DNA of 61,532 nucleotides from assembly GCA_902793005.1 (NCBI GenBank), contig CADBBQ010000005.1, positions 1-61,532 of the forward strand. The letters are read 5' to 3'. Shown here one piece after another: positions 45,382-54,744 of the stretch. Source of the stretch: an uncultured Pseudomonadota bacterium. Lineage in GTDB: Bacteria > Pseudomonadota > Alphaproteobacteria > Rs-D84. Numbering within the stretch: the stretch's first letter is position 1; every line of letters begins with the position of its first letter. The translations under genes and the position numbers were made by a program. Under the pieces are notes generated by a model, which was not told where the DNA came from, made no database searches, and was given only the letters and a program-made list of their open reading frames with translations.

Positions 45382-46887
45382 ATGAGAAAAATAATTGTAA
45401 TCTTGATTGCTGTATTTTGTGTGCACGTGGCGGTGGCGGCGCCGGTATTGGATGTTTTGACGGATGGGGATGCGGAAATTTATCAACAAATCTTTATGTT
45501 GCAAGGCAAGGAAAAAATTGATGCCGCAAAAAAATTGGAATCCAAGTTAACCAATAAATTATTAATGAACGAGGTTTTATATCAACGGTTCTTTTCCAAA
45601 ACATATAAAACAAAAGGCGCCGAGATTTCAAATTGGATGAATAAATATTATGATATGCCCGGTGCAGAACGCGTCGAAAAGTTAGCCAAAATTAAAAAGG
45701 TCAAAGTACGCAAGCCTGTTGTGTATTCGTCGTTGACGGCAAAATCGGGTGGTGAATCCGCGCAAAGTGAAACTTGGACGACAAAAACATATTCTAAATC
45801 AATTGATAATAAAATTACCGCTTTCAAGCGCGCAATTCGCAGTGGCGCAACAAAACGGGCGCGTAATATTTTGGAAGATAAAAAATTTAAAAAGGCTTTA
45901 AGTTCGGTTGATTATGGACGCTTGGCGGGCAGACTGTCGTATATTTATTATACAAATGGTGAATTGGAATTGGCAAAAAAATGGGGCTTTGTTGCGTCGG
46001 ATGCTAACAGTGAATATGGCCTGTGGACGATGGGATTGATTTATTATAAAGAGGCCAAGTATAAAGAGGCAGAAAAGTATTTCAGCAAAATTTTGGATTT
46101 ATCGCAAATCAACGATGCCCGCAAGGTCGAGGCCGCTTTTTGGGCGGGACGCGCGGCGGACGCAAATGACGATATGGACCGGGCCAAGAAATATTGGGAA
46201 ATCGGTGCAACACGTCCGATGGCGTTTTATGGCGCGTTGTCGGCCACGATGTTGGGACGTACGCCGGAATACGAATTTTTTGAACAAGATTGTTCGGACG
46301 AAGATGTTGCAACTTTACAGGAATTAAAATTGGGTCGGGTTGCGCTGGCACTGATTCAGATAAATCAAAAGGCGCGTGCGGAACAATATTTGAAATCTTT
46401 GATTACAACACGGGCATCTGATAAAACATTGCACGCGATAAATTCAATCGCGACGGCGTATGGTTTGCCACGAATTGCCATCCAGATTTCTGGGGTGGTG
46501 CGTGACCGTGGTATTTTGGAAATTGATGATGATATTATTTATTCGGCGCAATATCCGTTGCCGGATTGGGAACCGATGGGTGGATGGTCAATTGATAGGG
46601 CGTTGTTGTTCGCGATTACTAAACAAGAAAGTGGTTTTCGCACAACCGCGAAATCGGGTGTTGGTGCAAACGGCGTTATGCAACTGATGCCGGGAACGGC
46701 AAAATTGGTTGCGCATAAAAACAAGGTTAAATGGTCGAATATTGATATGTCAAAGCCGGAACATAATATGTTTTTGGGACAACAATATATCGTTGATTTG
46801 TTGCAACAACCTGTGATTGATAACAGTATTATTAAGATGTTGGCGGCATATAATGCGGGGATTGGTAATGTGCAAAAATTCGAATAG
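45382..46887 (+). CDS. slt: Soluble lytic murein transglycosylase (Slt-type), ending at an in-frame TAG
   Basis: ATG 45382 (MRKIIVILIAVFCVHVAVA, a signal peptide). SLT motifs ITKQESGFR and GVMQLMPGTA, AYNAG. The reading frame continues after TAG 46885-46887 (see next feature). Confidence 0.85.
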   Translation: MRKIIVILIAVFCVHVAVAAPVLDVLTDGDAEIYQQIFMLQGKEKIDAAKKLESKLTNKLLMNEVLYQRFFSKTYKTKGAEISNWMNKYYDMPGAERVEKLAKIKKVKVRKPVVYSSLTAKSGGESAQSETWTTKTYSKSIDNKITAFKRAIRSGATKRARNILEDKKFKKALSSVDYGRLAGRLSYIYYTNGELELAKKWGFVASDANSEYGLWTMGLIYYKEAKYKEAEKYFSKILDLSQINDARKVEAAFWAGRAADANDDMDRAKKYWEIGATRPMAFYGALSATMLGRTPEYEFFEQDCSDEDVATLQELKLGRVALALIQINQKARAEQYLKSLITTRASDKTLHAINSIATAYGLPRIAIQISGVVRDRGILEIDDDIIYSAQYPLPDWEPMGGWSIDRALLFAITKQESGFRTTAKSGVGANGVMQLMPGTAKLVAHKNKVKWSNIDMSKPEHNMFLGQQYIVDLLQQPVIDNSIIKMLAAYNAGIGNVQKFE

Positions 46888-47106
46888 ACTTTTAATACAT
46901 ATGACCCGTTGTTGTATATCGAAAGTTTCCCCGCGTATGAAACACGTGGGTATATTAAACGCGTGCTGTCAAATTTGTGGTTGTATCGTGCGCGGTTAAA
47001 TCAACCATTGACATCAATGCAAGAATTGGCAAATGGTCAATGGCCACTGTATAATAGTGAAGATGAATATGTGCAACAACAAATAGAAAATCGTATGTCG
47101 ATTTAG
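46888..47106 (+). other. In-frame continuation of slt beyond the TAG (conserved Slt C-terminus)
   Basis: In the same frame, the sequence reads TFNTYDPLLYIESFPAYETRGYIKRVLSNLWLYRARL.. This matches the ES-IP-x-ETR-x-Y-V-K-x-VL tail of Slt70-type enzymes. Confidence 0.7.
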
Positions 47107-47601
47107 TTATCGTTCGTATTTCATCAATATGTGATGAATTGTTTGATTGATTTGTTCTGGGGTTATGGTGTCATCCGTTATGTCCGGAATTTCATCGCGA
47201 TATGTTTTTGCAATTCCGTGAGTTAGTGCAGGTGTTGCACTGCGTAATATATTTTTTAATGCGTTATGTTGTTGGGACACATCGTTTAATTCGGATTGTA
47301 AAATATTTTTTGTCTTGTCCATATCGAAACCGTGTTTTGCAAAATACAATATTACGGGTAAATACCATAAAAATAGCAAAATTTTATTTTCGTTGCGAAA
47401 TGTGTAATTGATTCCAAATACGCCGTTTAAAATAGCGACGCCGTGTGATGCAAATGATGCGATGTGTGCGCGTTTTGCTGTTTTTTGTTTTAATTTTACT
47501 AGTGCCATTGACGCGAATAATAAAGATTTTATGTCTTCGGAATCTTTATCGGCACGTTGTAAAATATCTTGGATATTAAGAATTTCGCGATCAATATTCA
47601 T
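47107..47601 (-). CDS. Hypothetical membrane protein
   Basis: 164 aa with a central pair of hydrophobic segments. It is the last gene of a tightly packed three-gene minus-strand unit. Confidence 0.55.
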   Translation of the reverse strand: MNIDREILNIQDILQRADKDSEDIKSLLFASMALVKLKQKTAKRAHIASFASHGVAILNGVFGINYTFRNENKILLFLWYLPVILYFAKHGFDMDKTKNILQSELNDVSQQHNALKNILRSATPALTHGIAKTYRDEIPDITDDTITPEQINQTIHHILMKYER

Positions 47602-47606
47602 TGGTG

Positions 47607-47768
47607 TTAAAAACCCAAGTTGCTACGTGTCATTTCAAACATTTGTTTTTGCATTTTTGCAACCATTTGTTGAACAAAAGCGGCCTGGGCATTAACCTGT
47701 AATGTGGTTTGTGTTTGGTTTTTATAAATTTGTTTTGTTGCGGTTGCAACGATTACGGTGTTTGGCAT
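47607..47768 (-). CDS. Small hypothetical protein (53 aa, below the track cutoff)
   Basis: ATG 47768 (MPNTVIVATATKQIYKN..MFEMTRSNLGF) to TAA 47607-47609. It fills the gap between two minus-strand genes, with gaps of 10 nt and 5 nt. Confidence 0.4.
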   Translation of the reverse strand: MPNTVIVATATKQIYKNQTQTTLQVNAQAAFVQQMVAKMQKQMFEMTRSNLGF

Positions 47769-47778
47769 TTTATTTTCC

Positions 47779-47991
47779 TTATTTTTGTTTGTGATTTAAT
47801 CTGTAATAATGAATAGCGCGCATCGCAGTAAGGGCGGTCAGTGCGCCAGATACAATTATTCCGTTTGTGGCGTTTTGTCCGTCACATGCATCACGAATAT
47901 TAGTAATTAAATTTCCTGTGCACAGACCGTTGGCCAAGATATAGCCCCATAAATATAATTCGTTTATAACTTTTTTGTCTTCTTCGTTCAT
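47779..47991 (-). CDS. Small hypothetical protein
   Basis: 70 aa from ATG 47991 (MNEEDKKVINELYLWGY..). The longer track ORF would overlap rnhB. Confidence 0.45.
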   Translation of the reverse strand: MNEEDKKVINELYLWGYILANGLCTGNLITNIRDACDGQNATNGIIVSGALTALTAMRAIHYYRLNHKQK

Positions 47992-48075
47992 AATGTTTGT
48001 GATTATTGCACAAGAAGAAGGTTTGTCAAGTGAAAATCCTGTTGTTTTTTGGGAATTTTTGGTATGATAAAAGTG

Positions 48076-48702
48076 ATGAAAACAAACCCAAATTTTGATT
48101 TTGAATTGGCGCAATCTGGCATTGTTGCCGGTGTGGACGAGGCAGGGCGCGGCCCGCTGTGTGGCCCGGTTGTTGCGGGCGCGGTGATTTTCCCGGATAA
48201 AAATATTGAAATTCCGGTGGTTATACGCGATTCAAAGCAAATGAGTGCGCCCCAGCGCGATGCGGCATACGATTGGATAACGCATAACACAATTTGGGCA
48301 ACAGGGATGTGCAGCCCGGCGGAAATAGACGAATTAAATATATTGTGGGCATCGATGCGCGCGATGGAACGGGCGGTTGCAAATTTGACGCGCACGCCTG
48401 ATTTTTGCCTGATTGACGGAAATCGTGTGCCGGCGGGGTTGCGTGGGGCGGCGGTGGTCAAAGGGGATGCGAAATCATTATCTATTGCGGCGGCGTCCAT
48501 TATCGCCAAGGTGACGCGTGACCGTTTGATGCATAAATTGGCACAAAAATATCCCGGGTATCATTGGGAAAAAAACGCCGGATATCCAACGCCCGAACAC
48601 TTGCGCGCGATAGAAAAATATGGTATAAATGAGCATTATAGAAAGTCTTTTGGACCAGTAAAAAAGATTTTGGAAAGGGGTAATGGAAATGAAATTGCGT
48701 AG
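48076..48702 (+). CDS. rnhB: Ribonuclease HII
   Basis: GVDEAGRGPLCGPVVAGAVIF and DSK..S...R motifs. The start is uncertain (48049, 48064 or 48076). Confidence 0.9.
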   Translation: MKTNPNFDFELAQSGIVAGVDEAGRGPLCGPVVAGAVIFPDKNIEIPVVIRDSKQMSAPQRDAAYDWITHNTIWATGMCSPAEIDELNILWASMRAMERAVANLTRTPDFCLIDGNRVPAGLRGAAVVKGDAKSLSIAAASIIAKVTRDRLMHKLAQKYPGYHWEKNAGYPTPEHLRAIEKYGINEHYRKSFGPVKKILERGNGNEIA

Positions 48703-49855
48703 TGTTGATTATAATTCTGTGCGTGGCAAATATGTTTTGTTGCGGGTGGATTTTAATGTGCAAATTGAAAATGGAAAAATTTTGGATACTTTCCGCATTG
48801 AACAATCGATGCCGACCATAAATAAACTGCGCGATGCTGGGGCGCGTGTTGCAATATGTGCGCACCTGGGGCGGCCCGGGGGCGTGGCAAGCCCGGAATT
48901 ATCATTGCGCCCGGTGTCAGATTATATGAAAATTCCATTTGTTGCGGATTGCCTGGATAAAAAATTTATGGCGGGGATGCGTGATGGCGATATTGTGCTG
49001 ATGGAAAATGTTCGGTTTTATGCGGGCGAAGAAAAAAATGATGCGGAATTTGCCGGTGCGCTGGCGCGTGGTTTTGATTTGTTTATAAATGATGCGTTTG
49101 CGGTGGCGCACAGGGCGGCGGCGTCAACGGTTGGTGTTGCAAAAATTTTGCCCGCGTTTGCCGGGGAATTGTTACGCACAGAGGTAGAAAATATTTCACG
49201 CATAATGGAAAATCCAAAACGTCCATTACTGGCGATTGTTGGTGGGGCGAAGGTGTCCGGTAAAATCGGCGTGTTAAAAACTTTATGCAAATTGGCGGAT
49301 ACGGTGATTGTTGGGGGTGCAATTGGAACAACATTTAATTATGCGTGTGGGGCAAATCCCGGAAATTCCCTGTACGAACCGGATATGGTGGCGACCGCAC
49401 GTGAAATTATGGATATTGCAGCGGCGAATAACTGTAAATTTTTAATGCCGATTGATAAAGGTGTTGGTGCAAAATTTGAAAAAACGGCAAAACGCGAAAA
49501 TAAAAGTTTGGATGAAATCACAGATGTGGATGTAATAATTGATGACGGACCAAAAACCGCGGACCGTAATATTGATGAAATAAATCGTGCCACGACGGTT
49601 GTTTGGAACGGAACTTTTGGTATGGCCGAATGGGGCGCGGTTTGGGGCGAATCCAGTTTCCGCGTTGCGCGTGCGATTGCAGAACGGACGGCGGCCGGCA
49701 AATTGGTCAGTATTGTTGGTGGCGGTGAAACGGTTGCGGCCGTGGATGCGGCTGGTGTGCGCGGGGACATAACATATGTTTCGACCGGCGGCGGGGCATT
49801 TTTGGAATTTATAGAAAAGGGTACCTTGCCAGCTATTGAAGTTTTGACCATTTAG
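48689..49855 (+). CDS. pgk: Phosphoglycerate kinase
   Basis: 388 aa. VLLRVDFNVQ..., AHLGRPGG and the C-terminal STGGGAFLEF. Overlaps the rnhB stop by 14 nt. Confidence 0.95.
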   Translation: MKLRSVDYNSVRGKYVLLRVDFNVQIENGKILDTFRIEQSMPTINKLRDAGARVAICAHLGRPGGVASPELSLRPVSDYMKIPFVADCLDKKFMAGMRDGDIVLMENVRFYAGEEKNDAEFAGALARGFDLFINDAFAVAHRAAASTVGVAKILPAFAGELLRTEVENISRIMENPKRPLLAIVGGAKVSGKIGVLKTLCKLADTVIVGGAIGTTFNYACGANPGNSLYEPDMVATAREIMDIAAANNCKFLMPIDKGVGAKFEKTAKRENKSLDEITDVDVIIDDGPKTADRNIDEINRATTVVWNGTFGMAEWGAVWGESSFRVARAIAERTAAGKLVSIVGGGETVAAVDAAGVRGDITYVSTGGGAFLEFIEKGTLPAIEVLTI

Positions 49856-49943
49856 ATTATATAAAAAAGTGGCGGAAAATTTGCGAACAGCTTTTTTTTG
49901 TGCTATAATTACAGAAAAACAATGAATTTGAAAAGGTGGTAAT

Positions 49944-50525
49944 ATGGCTTTGATACCTATGGTTATAGAAGAATCGCCACGTGGCGAACGTTCTTTTGAT
50001 ATTTATTCGCGCCTGTTGCGGGACAGAATTATTATGGTGACGGGCGAAATTGAAACAAATATGGCAAATGTTATTGTTGCCCAGTTGTTATTGTTGGAAT
50101 CGGAAAATCCAAACGCAGATATTTCTATGTATATCAATTCTCCGGGCGGTGATGTTTCCGCAGGCGAGGCAATTTTGGATACTATGCGTTATATCAAGGC
50201 ACCGGTTTCGACAATCGGTATGGGGTTGGTTGCATCTATGGCTTCTGTATTATTAGCAGGTGGCGAAAAAGGCAAACGTTTTGTTTTGCCAAATACATCA
50301 ATTATGATTCATCAACCAATGGCCGGCACACAAGGGCAAGTGACCGATATGGAAATTCATGTGGCAAAATTCAAAAGAACCAAAGAAATGTTAATTAAAC
50401 AAATGTCTGAATTTACCGGGCGTAAAGAAAAAGAATTGTTTGCGGCGATGGAACGTGATAATTGGATGACGGCGAACGATGCTAAAGATTTTGGTTTGAT
50501 TGATGGAATTTTGGTGCGGAAATAA
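49944..50525 (+). CDS. clpP: ATP-dependent Clp protease proteolytic subunit
   Basis: 193 aa. [24 protein letters not shown] (catalytic Ser) and IMIHQP (His). Promoter TTGCGA-17-TATAAT with extended TG at 49881-49909. Confidence 0.97.
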   Translation: MALIPMVIEESPRGERSFDIYSRLLRDRIIMVTGEIETNMANVIVAQLLLLESENPNADISMYINSPGGDVSAGEAILDTMRYIKAPVSTIGMGLVASMASVLLAGGEKGKRFVLPNTSIMIHQPMAGTQGQVTDMEIHVAKFKRTKEMLIKQMSEFTGRKEKELFAAMERDNWMTANDAKDFGLIDGILVRK

Positions 50526-50547
50526 TTTTTGATTTACGGGGATGGAT

Positions 50548-51807
50548 ATGAGTGACGAAAAAACAACTTCATCTGAAAAAAATAACCAGTTTTGTTCTTT
50601 CTGTGGCAAAGCGGTATATGAAGTAAAAAAATTGGTCAGTGGTCGTAATGTTTGCATTTGCGATGAATGTATCGCGTTGTGCAATGATATTATGGCCGAT
50701 GATTTGCGGACGGATACGGTCCAAGGTGGTGCCGCAAAATTGCCAACCCCACACCAAATCTATGATTTTTTAAATGAATACATTATTGGTCAGGTGGATG
50801 CAAAACGCGCGTTGTCTGTGGCGGTGTATAATCATTATAAACGGCACGCGGTTAATGTCACGGATGTGGAAATTCAAAAATCTAATGTGTTATTGATTGG
50901 TTCAACCGGAACGGGTAAAACTTTGTTTGCGCAAACATTGGCGCGAATTTTGGATGTGCCGTTTGCAATCGCAGATGCAACCACTTTGACCGAGGCCGGA
51001 TATGTTGGTGATGATGTTGAAAGTGTGTTGGCGCGCTTGTTGCAAAATGCAAATTTTGATGTAGAAAAGGCCAGTCGCGGAATTATCTATATCGACGAAA
51101 TCGATAAAATTGCTCGCAAATCTGAAAATCCATCATTAACGCGTGATGTGTCGGGCGAAGGTGTGCAACAGGCATTATTGAAATTGGTCGAAGGAACCGT
51201 TGCAAATGTGCCGGTTGGCGGTGCGGGGCGCAAACACCCAGGCGAGGCCACAGTGCAATTGGATACATCAAAAATTTTATTTATCTGTGGTGGGGCGTTC
51301 GATGGATTGAATAAAATTATTGGGCAACGCAAAAGTGTGCGTGCCGGTATCGGATTTGGTGCAGATGTGGCGTCAAAGAAAGAACGTGAAGAGAAAAATA
51401 ATTTAGCCGATGTGCAACCCGAAGATTTGGTTAAATTTGGTATTATTCCGGAATTGGTTGGACGTTTGCCGGTTATTACAACATTGCAAGATTTGGACGA
51501 GGCTGCATTGGTGAAAATTTTGACCGAGCCTAAAAATGCGATTGTTAAACAATATGTTGCGATGCTGAATATTGATGGTGTGAAATTAACCGTGACACCG
51601 GATGGATTACAAGAAATTGCGCATTTGGCGGTGCAACGTAAAACGGGTGCGCGTGGTCTGCGCAGTATTTTGGAAAAATTATTGTTGCAACCAATGTTCG
51701 ATGCACCGGAAAAAGATGGTTTGCAAGAAATCGTTATTGATAAAGATGTTGTGTTGGGTAAAAAACCATATGTGGAAATTTTTGCCGAACCTAAAAAGGC
51801 GGCATAA
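50548..51807 (+). CDS. clpX: ATP-dependent Clp protease ATP-binding subunit ClpX
   Basis: Zinc ribbon CSFCGK...C.CDEC, Walker A GSTGTGKT, and IYIDEIDK. Confidence 0.97.
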   Translation: MSDEKTTSSEKNNQFCSFCGKAVYEVKKLVSGRNVCICDECIALCNDIMADDLRTDTVQGGAAKLPTPHQIYDFLNEYIIGQVDAKRALSVAVYNHYKRHAVNVTDVEIQKSNVLLIGSTGTGKTLFAQTLARILDVPFAIADATTLTEAGYVGDDVESVLARLLQNANFDVEKASRGIIYIDEIDKIARKSENPSLTRDVSGEGVQQALLKLVEGTVANVPVGGAGRKHPGEATVQLDTSKILFICGGAFDGLNKIIGQRKSVRAGIGFGADVASKKEREEKNNLADVQPEDLVKFGIIPELVGRLPVITTLQDLDEAALVKILTEPKNAIVKQYVAMLNIDGVKLTVTPDGLQEIAHLAVQRKTGARGLRSILEKLLLQPMFDAPEKDGLQEIVIDKDVVLGKKPYVEIFAEPKKAA

Positions 51808-51828
51808 AAAATCACAATAAAAAAAAAT

Positions 51829-51855
51829 AAAACCGTCTTATTCGACGGTTTTTTA
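51829..51855. terminator. Bidirectional terminator hairpin
   Basis: AAAACCGTC-TTATTC-GACGGTTTTTT lies between convergent genes. Confidence 0.8.
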
Positions 51856-54276
51856 ATTTGATTCAGGTTCCGCAGTACATAGTGTGTTTATACTGGCGTC
51901 GTTAGCATAAGTCCATTTGGCGTGTAATGTTGTACTGCCAGATATATCCCACGCACGTGTTGCAGTGCCAAAGGCATTATAATATTGTGTGCCGGTTCCG
52001 TTTTCACCCGTATAATATCCGCCAAATGTGCAACTGGTGTTATTTGTGCCAACCGTTTTTTGTGGTATTATAGTAATTCTATTCATTTTTTTACCGTATG
52101 TGACGTCGGCCGTGTATGTGTTAGTATCGCTGTTGTGATTGTTAAATGTGACAACATATGTTTCACTGGTGGTGACGGGGGCCTTGCAATAACCCCATTT
52201 TTTGTTTGTACCGGTTTCTGTGTAAAATTGTTCCTGTAATGCAATGGATGTGTTCGTGTATGGTGTCGTGACCCATATTCCACCCAAACGTTCGCATTCG
52301 CGCGATAATTCATTACCCATAGATATACGCATTTTATCCATAACGATATTTATGTCTTGTAATACGGCCGTTGGAACAACCAATTGTGCTGGTGTATCGG
52401 TTGTTGCAGATTTTGCATAATTTTCATATTCAGATGGACGAATACAAACCTGCATTGCATAGTGAACAAATCGTTGATATAAACTGTCAACATAATCGTT
52501 GCCACAATCGGCGGAATTTGCGTTTGCCGCATTGCATTTTGGAATTGATGCGTATTCTTGGTCGCCCGGTGCATAGACGCGACACGCGTATGGGTATGCG
52601 TGTAATGTATCACTGGATTGGACCGAACACAGGTTTTTACCAAAATCGGTTAATAAATTTTGACATTCGGCGATAATGCGTTGGTCAACAATGTCGTGCA
52701 TCGCGTTTACCAATTCCGTCAGTCCCGATGTACCACCGCCGTACAGATTACTGCACGTGTCTAATTTTTCGCGACATAAATCTTCGACGGTTTCCATTGT
52801 CAGGCCCAATAATGTTTTGTTATCAACGTTACTGAAATCTTTTAATGAATTTGTTTGTTCGTCATAACATTGGTTAACCACGCCCAGACATTCGTTTTTG
52901 ACCGTTCTGATTTTTTCTTGTTGTTTTTGATGAATTTCAATTATAGCCTGGCGCATAAATTCGTCCCAAATATCGCCGGATAAATCACGGCATTTATCCA
53001 ATGATTTTTCCGCAAATATTTTTTTGTTATTTAACGCGTTTACAAACATATGGTTTGTTTGGTTGGATAATATGTTGCCATCTAATGAAATCTGGTTTGC
53101 CAGGTTGAAAAAGTTTTTCGTGTATAATGGTTCACCGGTATCAATGTTTAAATATAATCCCGTCACGTCCAAGCAATGCACAAAATCGGGGCCGCACGCG
53201 GTGTTGGCGGTTAAATCGGTACGAATACTGGCAATACAATCGTTGATTGATAACGAATTGTGTGCATCGTAATTTTCTAGACGCGCGATATTCATTTCGC
53301 GTTCTGTTTCACGAATTGCAGACCCAGCAGAATTTTTTTGTTTGGTTAAATTTGTTGCCAATGCCGCACAGTCATTTTCGATATACATACCATATGCGGA
53401 TATTACCATATTTAATATTGATGATGAACATTGTGATGTCACCATTTCGGAACATTGGGCGTTGACGGCGTTATATAAACTTTCCCCCGTCAGGTTTGCG
53501 ATGTTTGCGCCATTTGCCAAATCCGTGGTCGTCCAAATCGATTTGATGTCGCCACCGGCATCCAATGTGCCGGCGGTTGATAAAGATTTTGTTTTGGTTT
53601 TTTCCAATATATCACCGATTGCACTTAATTGTTGGGCGGATGCCGATTTATCCTGGGCGGTGGTGGCAATTAATTCGCCGGTTGTTGCGGATGTTATGGC
53701 GGCAACCTCGGCCGCGGATTTTTTGATAATGTCTAAATTTAAATCGTGAAATGTCGTCAAAGAGTCGGATGTTTCAGAAATCGCCGATTGCTTTTGTTTT
53801 ATTTCGGTAAGTCTGGATGAACAAACACAGCGACGATATGTTTCGTTCGCGTTTGCACAAAATTGATCCATACACGTGAAATATGCATCGCGACACGTAT
53901 TATATTCATTGCCAAAATTAGATTCCGGAATGATTGGCGTCATATCTAATGTTGCGGCGCGACCGATAACCTGTTTGGTTTTGGATGGTGTGGTTAATAA
54001 TCCGGCACGATTTGAAATCATTGTGCGGGTTTTTGTTCGTGTGGGTGTTGTTTTGGTTGTTGTCGTGCGTCCAGATGTTGGTGTGCTGGTTGTACGTGAT
54101 TTTATTATTGGTCGTGTGGAATTTTGAGAACGCACAGAAATTGTTGCGCGGGCATTACCAGATTGTGCCGCCATATTTCCACGCAATGTTGTGGGCGTGG
54201 AACGGTCAGCCGCGTGGGACATACCAATGGCGGTTAAAATTGATAAAAATAAAAATAGAAAACCTTTCTTCCTCAT
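51853..54276 (-). CDS. Exported cysteine-rich protein, family member E (807 aa) with C-terminal Listeria-Bacteroides-type repeat
   Basis: Signal peptide MRKKGFLFLFLSILTAIGMSHA, then ADRST. T/R-rich region. Knot CRDAYFTCMDQFCANANETYRRCVCSS. CGPDFVHC. C-terminal YVVTFNN..VTYG..CTFGGYYTGENGTG..LHAKW. Extended -10 TGGTAGAAT lies 9 nt upstream of the ATG. Confidence 0.82.
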   Translation of the reverse strand: MRKKGFLFLFLSILTAIGMSHAADRSTPTTLRGNMAAQSGNARATISVRSQNSTRPIIKSRTTSTPTSGRTTTTKTTPTRTKTRTMISNRAGLLTTPSKTKQVIGRAATLDMTPIIPESNFGNEYNTCRDAYFTCMDQFCANANETYRRCVCSSRLTEIKQKQSAISETSDSLTTFHDLNLDIIKKSAAEVAAITSATTGELIATTAQDKSASAQQLSAIGDILEKTKTKSLSTAGTLDAGGDIKSIWTTTDLANGANIANLTGESLYNAVNAQCSEMVTSQCSSSILNMVISAYGMYIENDCAALATNLTKQKNSAGSAIRETEREMNIARLENYDAHNSLSINDCIASIRTDLTANTACGPDFVHCLDVTGLYLNIDTGEPLYTKNFFNLANQISLDGNILSNQTNHMFVNALNNKKIFAEKSLDKCRDLSGDIWDEFMRQAIIEIHQKQQEKIRTVKNECLGVVNQCYDEQTNSLKDFSNVDNKTLLGLTMETVEDLCREKLDTCSNLYGGGTSGLTELVNAMHDIVDQRIIAECQNLLTDFGKNLCSVQSSDTLHAYPYACRVYAPGDQEYASIPKCNAANANSADCGNDYVDSLYQRFVHYAMQVCIRPSEYENYAKSATTDTPAQLVVPTAVLQDINIVMDKMRISMGNELSRECERLGGIWVTTPYTNTSIALQEQFYTETGTNKKWGYCKAPVTTSETYVVTFNNHNSDTNTYTADVTYGKKMNRITIIPQKTVGTNNTSCTFGGYYTGENGTGTQYYNAFGTATRAWDISGSTTLHAKWTYANDASINTLCTAEPESN

Positions 54277-54361
54277 ACAATAAAAATTCTACCAAAAAAG
54301 TTTTTTTGTGGGCAATAAAAAAATGCACCAAATGGTGCATTTGTTTTGTGTGAATTTTTAC

Positions 54362-54610
54362 TTAATTTGCAGGTGTATCAGGTGTCGCATTGTTTTTTTC
54401 AACAAATGTGATGCGACCCTTGTCCAAATCGTATGGTGTCATTTCAACGCGAACACGTTTGCCAACATTGACCCAGATGCGTGCCTTGCGCATTTTGCCA
54501 CATACGGTTGCCAAAATTTCGTGGCCGTTGTCCAACTTTACACGAAACATAGTATTCGGTAATTTGTCGGTTACGGTACCTGTGAAAACGATAACGTCGT
54601 CTTTTGCCAT
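54362..54610 (-). CDS. infA: Translation initiation factor IF-1
   Basis: 82 aa. [34 protein letters not shown]...GKMRK..I. Confidence 0.96.
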   Translation of the reverse strand: MAKDDVIVFTGTVTDKLPNTMFRVKLDNGHEILATVCGKMRKARIWVNVGKRVRVEMTPYDLDKGRITFVEKNNATPDTPAN

Positions 54611-54744
54611 AAATTAAATCCTTTATTGTTGTTGCGTCTATGATATATCGGGGATGGAAAAATATCAAGATTTTTTTACTTGGGCTTGATATAGGGTGTT
54701 TTTTTTGATAAAATAAACACGATAGTATTATAGTGGAGAGAGAT

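Noticed and set aside
51087-51815. A 242-aa minus-strand ORF
   Set aside because: It is completely antisense to clpX, which is unambiguous. The product has no motifs.
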